DNA from: Octopus sinensis
Lineage: Eukaryota
Direction of reading: 5' to 3'
Length of the DNA stretch: 64,000 nucleotides
Assembly (NCBI RefSeq): GCF_006345805.1
Contig: NC_043016.1
Coordinates: forward strand, 19,344,001 to 19,408,000
Shown here: one piece after another, positions 51,881-63,764 of the stretch
How positions within the stretch are numbered: position 1 is the stretch's first letter
How the letters are laid out: each line of letters opens with the position of its first letter
Translations under genes and position numbers: made by a program
The notes under the pieces: generated by a model
Told to the model about the DNA's origin: nothing
Databases searched by the model: none
What the model saw: only the letters and a program-made list of their open reading frames with translations

Positions 51881-52218
51881 AAATGTGAATTTGTCTGTGT
51901 TAACTACATCCCAATCTTTGTTGGAAACCGGCTCCCTCCTCGGTGGATGATTTATATTAAAAAATAGAAGAGACATACACAGGCACGAGACAGACACAGG
52001 CAAGGGAAATAACTTTGCAATTTTGCTAGAACTTTACCTATGATATAAAACTCAATTATCAATTTAGTTTTCCAGTTACCTCGCTTGCGTTGTAAGGGAG
52101 GCAACTCTAAAATTTAAAATAGAATTTGTGTAAGGTGATAATTGTGTCTGATCATCGAGAAGTAAGGATTATCAAAATTATCAAAATAGCACTACAACAA
52201 TGATCAGCCTTATATATA

Positions 52219-53738
52219 CACTGCGTGTTAAATTATTTACGACGTAGCATATTTTTTTCATTTCTCTTAGAAAAAAAAACTACTCATTGGAATTCAACGA
52301 AATTTTTAAAGAATGATGGCAATAGTTATATGCGCGTGTTGTGTAAAAAACGTGATGTTCCGTGAAACAGCGCAGAAACTACGGCCATTTACCAAATTTA
52401 CGTAAACTTTCACTGTTTCAAATTATTAGCGATTTGTAATTAAACTTATGTAAACAAGAAAATACCAATTTAATTGTATGATGTACACATACAGTCATTA
52501 CCATGAAAGAAATAGAAATAAACAAATAACGATCGTTCAAAAATGATTGGTGAGCCGGTTAGTAAGGGATATAAGAGCCTTTGTTTGAAATAAGTTGGAA
52601 AAGGCGATGGTCCACGGAACATGCTAGTTTCTGGATATTTTCTGATGTTATACAAGATACATCCACTATTACCTACCAAAGTTCGTCTTTCTTCCTAAAT
52701 TGACGTCCATTCTCGTAAACTCGTCGCTTTAGAATGCCCCACAAGTTTCTTATTGGGTTTAAGTTGAGGTAACAGGTAGGTCCCTTCATCTTCTAAAATC
52801 ACAGAAGCCTAACTGATGCAGATACTCTGTAGTTTTCTTCGCTGAGTGTGAGGGTGCATTATCTTGCATGAATATTATGGTTGTCCTGAAGGTGATCCTT
52901 TGCGTTTTTAACCACGGTTGAAGGAGCTCCCTCAGAAAGGCTATATAAGCATCCACGGCCATTTTAACACCACCTGGCACTTTCCAAGGACCAACCATAA
53001 TGCCTCCAATAATGCTAGCCCAAATAATGACGCCTCCTCCCCCTTGTTGCCGTCTCAAGCGTTGGTGACGATCTCGTCCATTTACAACCCATCCCTTGCT
53101 CCAACCATCAGGTCTATCAAGAGTATCACGAGTTAGTCCGTAAACAAAACTGGAAAAATCGACCTCCATGTTATCTTCTGCTAATTTCAGGCGATTTCGT
53201 ATGTGTATTTTGTTTAAAGGAGGCCTTTTAAATGATGTCACTGGTTTACCGACCTTTTTCAGATGACATCGGACAATTCTGGACACAGTTGTTTCGCCAA
53301 TGCGCTTGAAAAGTTCTCCACTTGTAAGACTCGGATTCTTTACAGCTTCATACTTAATTTGTCGGCTCTCTTATGTATCACAAATCGGTGATATCTTCCA
53401 ATCATTTTTGATATTTCTAATGTTGATTTACCTTTTGCAAGTCAAGAAGTAATAACAGATTTCTCTGAAGCAGTTAAGTCACATTTACGACCCATAATTA
53501 CACTGTAATCAGACCACTCGTTAATAATTTGAAGCACTGAAAGATCGTGGAAATCATGCAAATGACCGCGGTTTGTTTTACACTTGCGCAAAACCTCAGG
53601 GTTTTTTTACATGCCTTGCACATATAAATGTTGCTGTATTTCTGTGGAAATTTCGTTGAATTCCAACGAAATTCCAACGAGTAGATTTTAAATAAAATTT
53701 TAAAAAGTGTTATGTCGTTAATAATTTGAAACACATTG
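52219..53738 (-). mobile_element. Full-length Tc1-family DNA transposon with long IR/DR-type termini and a disrupted transposase (ATG at 53495)
   Basis: TA flanks. Outer repeats cactgcgtgttaaattatt / aataatttgaaacacattg, inner repeats at about 52410-52433 and about 53518-53541. Motifs QQGGGGVIIWASI, IFMQDNAPSHSAK, LNPIENLWGILKRRVY. Confidence 0.92.
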
Positions 53739-53802
53739 TATAAGTGCGTGCGTATGTCAGTCCGTCCGCCCGCGCATGTGTATGTGTACGTGTGTGTATT
53801 AA

Positions 53803-54097
53803 GTATGTATGTATGTATGTATGTATGTATGTATGCATGCATGCATGTATGTAGGTAGGTATGTATGTATGTATGTATGTATGTATGCATGCATGCATGT
53901 ATGTAGGTAGGTATGTATGTATGTATGTATGCATGCATGCATGTATGTAGGTAGGTATGTATGTATGTATGTATGTATGTATGTATAAATGAATGTATGT
54001 ATGTATGTATATATGTATGCATGCATGTATGTATGTATGTATGTATGTATGTATGTATGTATGTATGTATGTATGTATGTATGTATGTATGTATGTA
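53803..54097. repeat. (TATG)n array, continued at 55033-55130 after the MITE
   Basis: Directly visible. Confidence 0.96.
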
Positions 54098-54611
54098 CCG
54101 TAAATCCTCGTGTATAATCCGCAATTTTTTCCAAAAATTTAATGGTCAAAATCCCTAGTGCGTACTATATACGAGGTTAAAAATGAAACTTATTTTCTAA
54201 GTAATGTCCGAGTCTCTATTTGCTGTCCGGCAATGTTTATTCAGACGCATTTTATGATGTCGGGCGCGAAAATACCTTAAGCTAAGCCTGAAAGCAATGA
54301 AGTCATAAAAGAATCATCCATAACTTGCAATAAGCAACATTTATTAAACGTTATTACTGTTATTTCTTTATTTTCTGCAAACAAAATGTACAAAAAAGTT
54401 ACACGTTTGCATTATGTTATACTCTCTTTTACTCTTTTACTTGTTTCAGTCATTTGACTGTGGCCATGCTGGAGCACCGCCTTTATTCTTTGTAAGCCTA
54501 GTACTTATTCTATCGGTCTCTTTTGCTGGACCGCTAAGTTACGGGGACGTAAACACACCAGCATCGGTTGTCAAGTGATGTTGGGGAGATAAACACAAAC
54601 ACACATGCATA

Positions 54612-54658
<47 letters not shown>

Positions 54659-55032
54659 TATATATATATACAATATATACGACGGGCTTCTTTCAGTTTC
54701 CTTCTACCAAATCCACTCACAAGGTTTGATCGGCCCGAGGCTATAGTAGAAGATACTTGCCCAAGGTGCCACGCAGTGGGACTGAACCGGAACCATGTGG
54801 TTCGTAAGCAAGCTACTTACCACACAGCCACTCCTACGCCTAATATATACAATAATAATAAAGGACGTACTGTATACAGTTTTACAAACCAAGGACGTTA
54901 TATAGACCTCCTTCACTCAAGTTAGAGAAAGGGTGTGTACTATACACAAGGTTTAGGTTTTTCAGAGGTACAGCCCCCTAAAAATCCCCTGCGTATTATA
55001 CGCAAGGGCGCACTATACTCGAGGATTTACGG
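54098..55032. mobile_element. Non-autonomous pogo/Tigger-like element inserted at TA in the microsatellite, containing a nested SINE A (54421-54840, minus)
   Basis: TIR ccgtaaatcctcgtgtata / tatactcgaggatttacgg, TA on both sides. Confidence 0.8.
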
Positions 55033-55579
55033 TATGTATGTATGTATGTATGTATGTATGTATGTATGTATGTATGTATGTATGTATGTATACATTTGTG
55101 TATGCATGTATGCGTGTATGTATGCATGTGTGCATCACTGCCCCCGATACCACTATTTCATCATCATCATCATATTTATTGTCGTTACATTTTTTCTAGA
55201 TTTTAACTAAGCACTTACTTTTTTTTTTTTTTTTTGTTTCTCACTTTGTTGACGTCATCACATCTTTCATGACATTATTGAAGAAACCGGTTGTTCCTAT
55301 TAGTCTTCGAAACTCACCTCCACGAGATCGACGGTGTCGATACGGTTAATGTTGTTACAGAATAAGGTGGCTGAAATAATACGCTCAGTAGGGGTTGAAT
55401 TTCAAACGGTTGAGGTTCATGTAAATAAGGACAGGGCGAAGTGCTTGTTTAAGGGCCTATTGAGTGGGGGGTGAAGACCAATATGAATAGTGGTAAATAG
55501 AGTGCCTGGGTGACATTGAAGAAACAGGTTGTTCCTATTAGCCTTGTATATGTGCTTGCTGGAATAATACGCTCAGTAG

Positions 55580-55896
55580 GGGTTGAATTTGATTTGTTTC
55601 AGTCATTTGACTGCGGTCATGCTGGAGCACCACCTTAAGTCGAGCAAATCGATCCCAGGTTTTATTGGGTTTTTTTTTTATAATGGTCAACCATTATATG
55701 GAAGATTAAGTCGAGGCAGATTTGAAATTTGGAACTTATATAAAAAAAAAGTAGATGAGCAAAGCATACTCATTTAGTTATTATTCTATCGGTCTTTTTG
55801 TCGAACCGCTAAGTTATGGGGACATAAACACGCCAGCATCGGTTGTCAAGCGATGTTGGGGGAGACTAACACAGACACACAAACATATGCACACGC

Positions 55897-55974
<78 letters not shown>

Positions 55975-56058
55975 ATATACATGTATACGACGGGCTTCTT
56001 TCAGTTTCCGTCTACCAAATCCACTCATTAGGCTTTGGTCGGCCCGAGTCTATAGTAG
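55580..56058 (-). mobile_element. SINE family A interrupted by a 96-bp non-SINE insert
   Basis: Family A tail and body. Insert at 55681-55776. Confidence 0.82.
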
Positions 56059-56762
56059 ACATTGAATTTGATGCAGTCTTTATTTTAATATGGTATGGAT
56101 GAGTCATAGCCATAACAGATCACTGTTCTATTTTCATGTTTATATTCCTTTTCCAATCCAGCTTTTCTCTTATTTGTTCACGTTTCATACCTGTAATAGC
56201 ACAGGTGTCTCACCTGCAGACATCGAGTCATTGCCTTTCACACTCAGAAACGTCTTAAATGCTTACGCACACATATGATACAGAGATAAACAAACAGATA
56301 CGCGCGCCAAAGCCAAAAGTCAAGTTTGCTTTTCGTGCACCAGAGGCCGGCAAAATCAACTTCTACACTTTGGAGGCAGCATTTCATTTACAGGAATGAA
56401 CGCAAATAAACATATCAAATGTTTCTATGTCTGTTATTGTAGAACAATGGAATATACAAACACGTGGTGTACCCCTAATGGTCAACCATTATATGGATGA
56501 TTAAGTCGAAGCAGATTTGAAATTTGGAACTTACATCAAAGAAAAAAGTAGATGAACAGAGCATACTCATTTAATTTTTTCCAACACATTATATGTAAGG
56601 TTCTTAAAGTTTCTAGTTGCTGATAGCCATGTATAGCGCTATTTCATCCTTCTTTGTAATCGTCAGCACAGCGTAACTTGAGACAAACAAATTAAGCTAA
56701 ATTCAACATTTTACAAAGCTATATATTTCTTATAGACAAAAAATAGTTTACAGTTTAAAAAT

Positions 56763-56934
56763 AGGCGCAGGAGTGGCTGTGTGGTAAGTAGCTTGCTAAC
56801 CAGCCACATGGTTCCGGGTTCAGTCCCACTGCGTGGCATCTTGGGCAAGTGTCTTCTGCTATAGCCCCGGGCCGACCAATGCCTTGTGAGTGGATTTGGT
56901 AGACGGAAACTGAAAGAAGCCTGTCGTATATATG

Positions 56935-56971
<37 letters not shown>

Positions 56972-57185
56972 ATGTGTGTTTGTGTTTGTCCCCCTAGCAT
57001 TGCTTGACAACCGATGCTGGTGTGTTTACGTCCCCGTAACTTAGCGGTTCGGCAAAAGAGACCGATAGAATAAGTACTGGGCTTACAAAAGAATAAGTCC
57101 CGGGGTCGAATTGCTCGACTAAAAGGTGGCGCTCCAGCATGGCCGCAGTCAAATGACTGAAACAAGTAAGTAAAGTAAAGAGTAA
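56763..57185 (+). mobile_element. SINE family A, full length
   Basis: Family A head, body and tail. Confidence 0.93.
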
Positions 57186-57445
57186 AGTTTAAAAAGCTTT
57201 CTTGTTTTCGTTTTAATTCTTTCTCTTTTTTGGGGGTTTTTTTTGCCATCCTAGATCGTTAAATACTCAGCAATAGAAAAAGGAAAGAGGAATTTCTTCC
57301 GGTATTTACTCGTAGCATGTCTGGTTCTGGTTCTGGTTCCAAATCTCAAAAAACACAACTTTTCCTCTCATGTCCCTGTACTTTGACGAGTAATATCATG
57401 TATACAGAAATTAATGTAAAAAGTCTACACCAGACTCTTTTTTTT

Positions 57446-57795
57446 TTTTACTCTTTTACTTGCTTCAGTCAATTGACTGCGGCCATGCTGGAGCCTCGGG
57501 ACTTATTCTTTGTAAGCCTAGTACTTATTCTATCGGCCTCTCTTGCTGAACCGCTAAGTTACGATGACATAAACACGCAAGAATCGGTTGTCAAGCGATG
57601 TTGTGGGGGGAGGGAGACAAACACAGAGACACAAACACACACACATATACACATATACATATATACATATACATGACGGGCTTCTTTCAGTTTCCGTCTA
57701 CCAAATCCACTCAAGGCTTTGGTCGACCCGAGGCTATAGTAGAAGAAACTTGCCATGTAGTTGGTAAGCAAGCTACTTACTACACAGCCACTCCT
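57446..57795 (-). mobile_element. SINE family A with internal deletions
   Basis: Reverse complement of family A. Confidence 0.85.
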
Positions 57796-57982
57796 AGTAA
57801 AAATAACAGCAACAACAATAATCAGAGAATTTATAATTTATTAAACATGATTTTACAAATAATGTTCATTTTGTGTTTTATCAAGAGCTAGCACATCGTG
57901 TAACGTGGATGAAATCTGGCGAAATGGTTAACAAGTTCGCTTCGCATCACAGATCCATGGTGCGTGACATTATGGGCAAGTA

Positions 57983-58362
57983 CCCTCTGTGTGAAAAGTC
58001 TGGCTGCATCCGAAAAAAATATATATTATGAAGCAAAAATAAACACAAAATTTACTACACGAATCCGTTACCACCACGACAGTCAACTATTTGACGCCGA
58101 ACACGAGTTTGATGTTGAATACATCCACGAATTTTCCGCTCAGATAGCTCTTCCCAAGACTGCAAGTATTTCCAGTCTATCTCTCTCACTAATTTGTTCA
58201 CCTCGCCTGCGAGCCATCTAAAGTTAATAATGATTCTGCTAATTCCACGTGTAAACATGTGTTGAATAGAACTCACTGAATAAATCTTAATTAACTGTGT
58301 TGTCAATTGTATGCACCTGACATATACTAACGTGTATGCAGCCAGACTTTTCACACAGAGGA
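57983..58362. mobile_element. Tc1/mariner-type MITE (26-bp perfect TIR, TA flanks)
   Basis: cctctgtgtgaaaagtctggctgcat (57984-58009) and its exact reverse complement (58336-58361). Confidence 0.7.
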
Positions 58363-58721
58363 TATATTTTATCAATATTCAAGATGTTTCCAAATGCTCA
58401 GTCCTCAAACAACCATATAGTCTTCCATAAATAGCACTAGGTTAGAATCTTCCGTGTCTTACCTGTAGTATTCACTCCATTTCTTGTACTAAATTAATTA
58501 AGACGGCGAGCTGGCAGAATCGTTAGAACACTGGGTAAAACGCTCAGCAGCGTTTCGTCCATCCTCACATTCAAAATTCGAATTCGATGTAATCGACTTA
58601 CCTCTCCCCCGAAATTATTGTCCCTGTCCCAAAATTTTAAACTGATATTAAAGGAAACCAAGCAGCTATCATTTTAGATGCTTAAGAGACCACGATGGAG
58701 TACATCTTTAGCGACTGATTC

Positions 58722-58870
58722 TTTACTCTTTTACTCGTTTACTTGTTTCAGTCATTTGACTGCGGCCATGCTGGAGCACCGCCTTTAGTCGAGCAAGTCG
58801 ACCCCGGGACTCATTCTTTGTAAGCCCAGTACTTATTCTATCGGTCTCTTTTTCCGAACCGCTAAGTGAC
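58722..58870 (-). mobile_element. SINE family A 3' fragment
   Basis: Family A tail. Confidence 0.85.
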
Positions 58871-59584
58871 TAAGTGATTGGAGCCAAACGCTGCCATTCT
58901 TGACATGATAAGAAAGAATTCCTTTGGGAACGTCAATGATTAATTTGACAAAAGAGTAAATAAAATAAATTGTCGCTTCTTCACGTATTTTAGAAATGCA
59001 ATCTTTGAAACGCCGGAGTGCAAACCTTCAAAACTGGATCCAGAATGAATTGGAAAATAAATAATTGCGTCGCAGATTTCCTTCTCGCTGACAGAGATGA
59101 ATCAGCATTGAGTAATAATGGACAGGGGAAAGGGATACATTGATTTGGCCCAAAAGGAATACGGAACATCAGGCTGGTCTTCTGAATACCTAAGTCAGTT
59201 TGTCCTTCATTGAACCCTTAACCAATTTAGTAGACAACGTTCTCAATGTCAATACGTTGGACTTTAGCAAACCTGTAAATTTCCGTTTTGTATTTTTTAT
59301 GTGGCAAATCCAAAGATGTGTCATCTGCGACAAACTTATATTCGCCGTCTTTCAAAATACAACTTCTGTTTTCTAATTTAACAACATTTGGCCAAGTGTT
59401 CAAACCCTCATCAGGTACCATGCACACACAAAAAAAATTTTAAATGCCATCGACAACAAGTTGTAAGAATTTAGTATAAAAAGTAAAGCACATTTGCTTT
59501 CGTATTGCTACTATTCTACTTTCCCAGATATGCATTCCCAGATTCCTTGTCATTTCAAATCTATAACAAACTTCTTTATCACGC

Positions 59585-59952
59585 ACTAGCACTATGACCT
59601 GGCAACGCCGGGTCATAGTGCTAGTGCATGCATATGCAGCTGCGTGCGTGCGCACATACACGCGGGTACTGTTCAAATCTCCGACCAATCACATACGGCT
59701 AGCTGGCATTCAATTGGCGTATCAAGTTTCGGGCATTTTCATTGAGTTTTGGATAGAAAATTCACAAAAAAAGTCACTTCTATTGATTTTTTTTTAATGG
59801 CTTTGCGGGGTGACTGGGAAATGTAAAGATGTGCACGACCACCCTTGGACGGTTTTGAATGACCATAGAAAGTGCGAGCCCTCTAACTGAAAAATTGTGG
59901 ATTTGTATAAAGGACGCGCACACAGACATTTTGCCGTTTATATATATAGAGA
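59585..59952 (+). mobile_element. HINE/DINE-1-like element (third family) with a long 5' hairpin
   Basis: gcactagcactatgacc-tggcaacgccg-ggtcatagtgctagtgc hairpin (59583-59627). 3' end acagacattttgccgtttatatatatagagat. Confidence 0.62.
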
Positions 59953-60290
59953 TGATTGACAATCTCAAAAATATCGAACTATAGGGAAAATGTCGATTAA
60001 GTGACATTCTATAATTTACGAGCATGATAGAAAGTGGGGTCACCATCTTGTACGTAATAACAAAAAAATAGGAATTCGCAAGACGTTTTTGTAATAAGTC
60101 ATGACATATTTATTACTGGAGGTAATGCGTTGACATATAAGGTTAATTGAAGGAAAGGCTTGTAACATTACATGAACATATTCTGTTTTTGAAGTCACAT
60201 GTCTCCAAGTAAGTGAGGCAAACGTACACGCGTGCGGGTGTGTATGCGGGTGGACCGACTCAATGCTTGTCGAAGACTGGACAGACATCG

Positions 60291-60397
60291 AGTGGCGCGA
60301 ATTTAGAAATGCGTTCTTTTATATAAGGGATGAACCGGAAGTCCCCGACTTCCACGCCAACCGGAAGCTTCTAGAATATTCGAGAACTTTCTAGAAG
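60291..60397 (-). promoter_or_regulatory. Heat-shock-type Pol II promoter: seven-pentamer HSE (60363-60397), ETS sites (60335-60353), TATA (60317-60325), initiator-like CCACT (A at 60293)
   Basis: gGAAg cTTCt aGAAt aTTCg aGAAc tTTCt aGAAg in perfect alternation. Minus-strand TATAAAAG begins 30 nt before the Inr-like A. Locally CpG-rich unique sequence. Confidence 0.75.
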
Positions 60398-60984
60398 GTC
60401 GGTAAATCCCTTTTTCGTTTTGCTTTCCTGCTTGACTGCCATGATTCCCTACAGAACCATATCATGTTTTCTTTCAACTTCGAAACAACTTAAGCATACT
60501 TCGCATTATGTCTTCCTGACCTCCATACCGATCGATTTCATGTTCATTCCAGTTCTATTCTTTGATACAAGATTATTTTTCCACTGTTACAAATGTAGAC
60601 CTGTCTGATCTATCCTGGATAGGGGCCCGCTTCCTTGTAATTTCCTTGTAATCTCATAGTAATCAAGATTCAGTTCGTCGCTTGGTCTCTCCTTTTATTT
60701 TCTATCTTTTCTACACGCCTTTGCCACTTAAAAGTACTGTCTTTTGTCTTTTGTAACAGATGGATCATCATCCCAAGATAGAAGACGCACTCTCAGACTG
60801 GACTTCTAAAATAAAGAGTGCCAGAGAACTTGAGACAATATTGTTTGTGAAGTACTGATTTGTTTGTTGAAGATGTTGGCGAATATAACAGGACTCAAAT
60901 ACAATTAGATGAATCCCAAGATCAGGAACCTAGATCGACATTACCCGTTTAGGTTACGAAATACGTGATTCTGTACTGAGCAAA

Positions 60985-61889
60985 TTCTCTTGGCTTTCTT
61001 GAGAAAATTCTGTAGTTTGTAAGCTATTTATTGTTTAATTTCTTGCATTTCGGCAATTTCAACCATTCAATGACGTCTATTAAGGTGAATACAATTTCTC
61101 CGGGCCTTTGTCAACAACAATTATTTGCGGTGTCATATGAATTTGTCACTGTTATTTATGAGAAAAAAGATACCCTGTGGCCATAAACTGAGGGGTCACT
61201 CGTAAACAGAGCTGGATAACAAAACCATTCCCTCTTTAGTGTCCACCCATAATTATGACCCTAGCATCGACCTATTGCATTTCAATCTGTTTTAGGGTTA
61301 GGGTTGGGTTAGGGTTAGAGTTAGGGTTAGAGTTAGGGTTAGGGTTAGGGTTAGGGTTAGAGTTAGGGTTAGAGTTAGGGTTAGGGTTAGGGTTAGGGTT
61401 AGGGGTGGGGAGAAGGGTATCTTTTTTTCTTCAGAAATGTAAATAAACCCACTCTGTTTCTTAAATGAATATATAATATGTAATGTGTGTGTCTGTGCAA
61501 TAGAGAGGGAAATTTGAACTGCATATGTTGTGAACTTAGAATATGTGCTTATTAATAAAAGTTTAATAACGATAATCTTTTATTCATATGAACGTAACTG
61601 ATATGAAATATGTCATAAATAACAGTGACAAATTCATATGACACCACAAATAATTGTTGTTGACAAAGGTCCGGAGAAATTGTATTCACCTCAATAGACG
61701 TCATTGATTGGTTGAAATTGCCGAAAAGCAAGAAATTAAACAACAAATAGCTTAAAAACTACAGAATTTTCTCAAGAAAGCCAAGAGAAAGAGATGTTTT
61801 ATGTAACACACTACCAGTATACGAAGTTTGAAAGTGTTTAGTTACAAAGAAATTATTTTTAAAATCTGCCGGTCAAAGCGAAAAGATCC
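60985..61889. mobile_element. Rearranged hAT MITE-family locus: 177-bp inverted arms around an expanded telomere-like tract, with a right TIR at about 61860-61889
   Basis: 60985-61161 is the inverted, slightly diverged copy of 61613-61789. Tract at 61292-61404. Confidence 0.75.
61292..61404 (+). repeat. Interstitial telomere-like tract, 19 units (14 TTAGGG, 4 TTAGAG, 1 TTGGG)
   Basis: Counted directly. Confidence 0.95.
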
Positions 61890-62477
61890 ATAGCTTAATT
61901 AATTAATAGCCTGTGAAATGTGACATCTCTACAGCGTGTTTTATTTGAGTGTAAGACAAAAGCCCCATAGTTATTCAAGTGGACAAAAGCCCCATGGTTC
62001 TCAGACATACTTCTTTTTTTTTTTTTTTTGAGGAAAAAAATTGCTTCTAAATAAATGACCAATAATTTGGGAATAAATAAATTTGACACTGATTGCACTG
62101 TGATTTTGTAATCGTTATATTATAGTGTAAGGCTACATTTTATACTCTTTGTGTCCAGTAACGGGCAACACATTGCTATGCAGTATTCTTTATCATTAGA
62201 GAGACAAAAAACTATGACAAATAACTTGTTGAGGCTGGAAATATTAATTTTAGGAAATAGGTCAGCATGACATAGTTTTCTAAACTTTTTTTGTAGATAA
62301 GATACGTTTTTACATTCAGTTTGATTCTCTTCATCACACATACACACACGCACACACAAAGGTGTGTTTGTATTTATGCGTATGCATTTTATGTACATAT
62401 ATACTCGATTGCTTCTATGTAGGTTTTATGTTTCTACATTTTTCCTGAAGTGTGCTCTGTTATTCTATTCTACTTTT

Positions 62478-62893
62478 GGATCATTTCGGTTTGAACGGCA
62501 GTTTTTAACATAATTTCTAGGTAACTAAAAAATTTTAAACTTCGTATACTGGCAGAATGTGTTTATAAAACATCTTTTTCTCTTGGCTTTATTGAGAAAA
62601 TTCTATAGTTTGTAAGATATTTGTTGTTTTTTTCTTCAATTTCTGCAATTTCAACCAATCACTGACGTCTATTGAGGTAAAGAACATTCTGTGCCGTATG
62701 AATATGTCCCTCGTTTAAGAAACAGATTGGATTTATTTACATTTCAGAAGAAAAAAAGATACCCTTCCCCCCACCCCTAACCCTAACCCTAAAACAGATT
62801 GAAATGCAATAGATCGATACTAGGGTCATAATTATGGGTGACAATTTCATAAGACACCGCTAGAAAAAACTACCGTTCAAACCGAAAAGATCC
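62478..62893 (-). mobile_element. hAT-type MITE with (CCCTAA)3
   Basis: TIRs. Perfect 8-bp TSD ctactttt. Confidence 0.92.
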
Positions 62894-62999
62894 CTACTTT
62901 TTTTTTTTTTCGATTGAATATATTTTGTTTACTTAAAAATTAGAATTTTGGAAAATGAATGTTTTTTTTTTACAACCGCGATTTCTGTTTTTGCTAACT

Positions 63000-63209
63000 C
63001 TTTTACAGGTTTCAGTCATTTGACTGCGGCCATGCTGGAGCACCGCCATTAGTCGAGCAACTCGACCCCGGGACTTATTCTTTTGTAAGCCCAGTACTTA
63101 TTCTATCGGTCTCTTTTTGCCGAACCGCTAAGTAACGGGGACATAAACACACCAGCATCGGTTGTCAAGCGATGCTAGGGGGACAAACACAGACACACAA
63201 ATACACATG

Positions 63210-63263
<54 letters not shown>

Positions 63264-63435
63264 ATATATATATACATATATACGACGGGCTTCTTTCAGT
63301 TTCCGTCTACCAAATCCACTCACAAGGCATTGGTCGGCCCGATGCTATAGTAGAAGGCACTTGCCCAAGGTGCCACGCAGTGGGACTGAACCCGGAACCA
63401 TGTGGTTGGTAAACAAGCTACTTACCACACAGCCA
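63000..63435 (-). mobile_element. SINE family A, near full length
   Basis: Reverse complement of family A. Confidence 0.9.
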
Positions 63436-63764
63436 CGTGAAATTATATAAGAAAAATTTTCTAAGACTTGACTGTTATTTCTAGCATGTAGAGAGACCTT
63501 CTAGGCTTAATTTCATGCGCTGATTGAAAATCATTTAAGAAAATTCTGGGGACTAAAAATTCCTCGAGGTGGAGCCCCAGCATGGCCGCAGTCAAATGAC
63601 TGCGACAAGTAAAAAGAAAAATATATCACAGAAGTGATTTTGATCAGGCTTTAACAAAAATTCTGGGTTCCATACGGCCATCTAAAAATTCTTTAAGGCG
63701 GTGCCCCAGCATGGCCACAGCCTAATGACTGAAACAAGTGAAACATGAAAAGAAAAAATATGAG

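Noticed and set aside
55250-55257. Second TGACGTCA (CRE)
   Set aside because: No adjacent gene or promoter features; consistent with chance.
56190-56275. Splice-donor-like motifs on the minus strand (cag|gtgaga, cag|gtatga, gc|gtaagc)
   Set aside because: No supporting open frame or homology; cannot call an exon without RNA data.
61292-61404. True telomere or chromosome end
   Set aside because: Short, impure, internal, and embedded at the standard position of a MITE.
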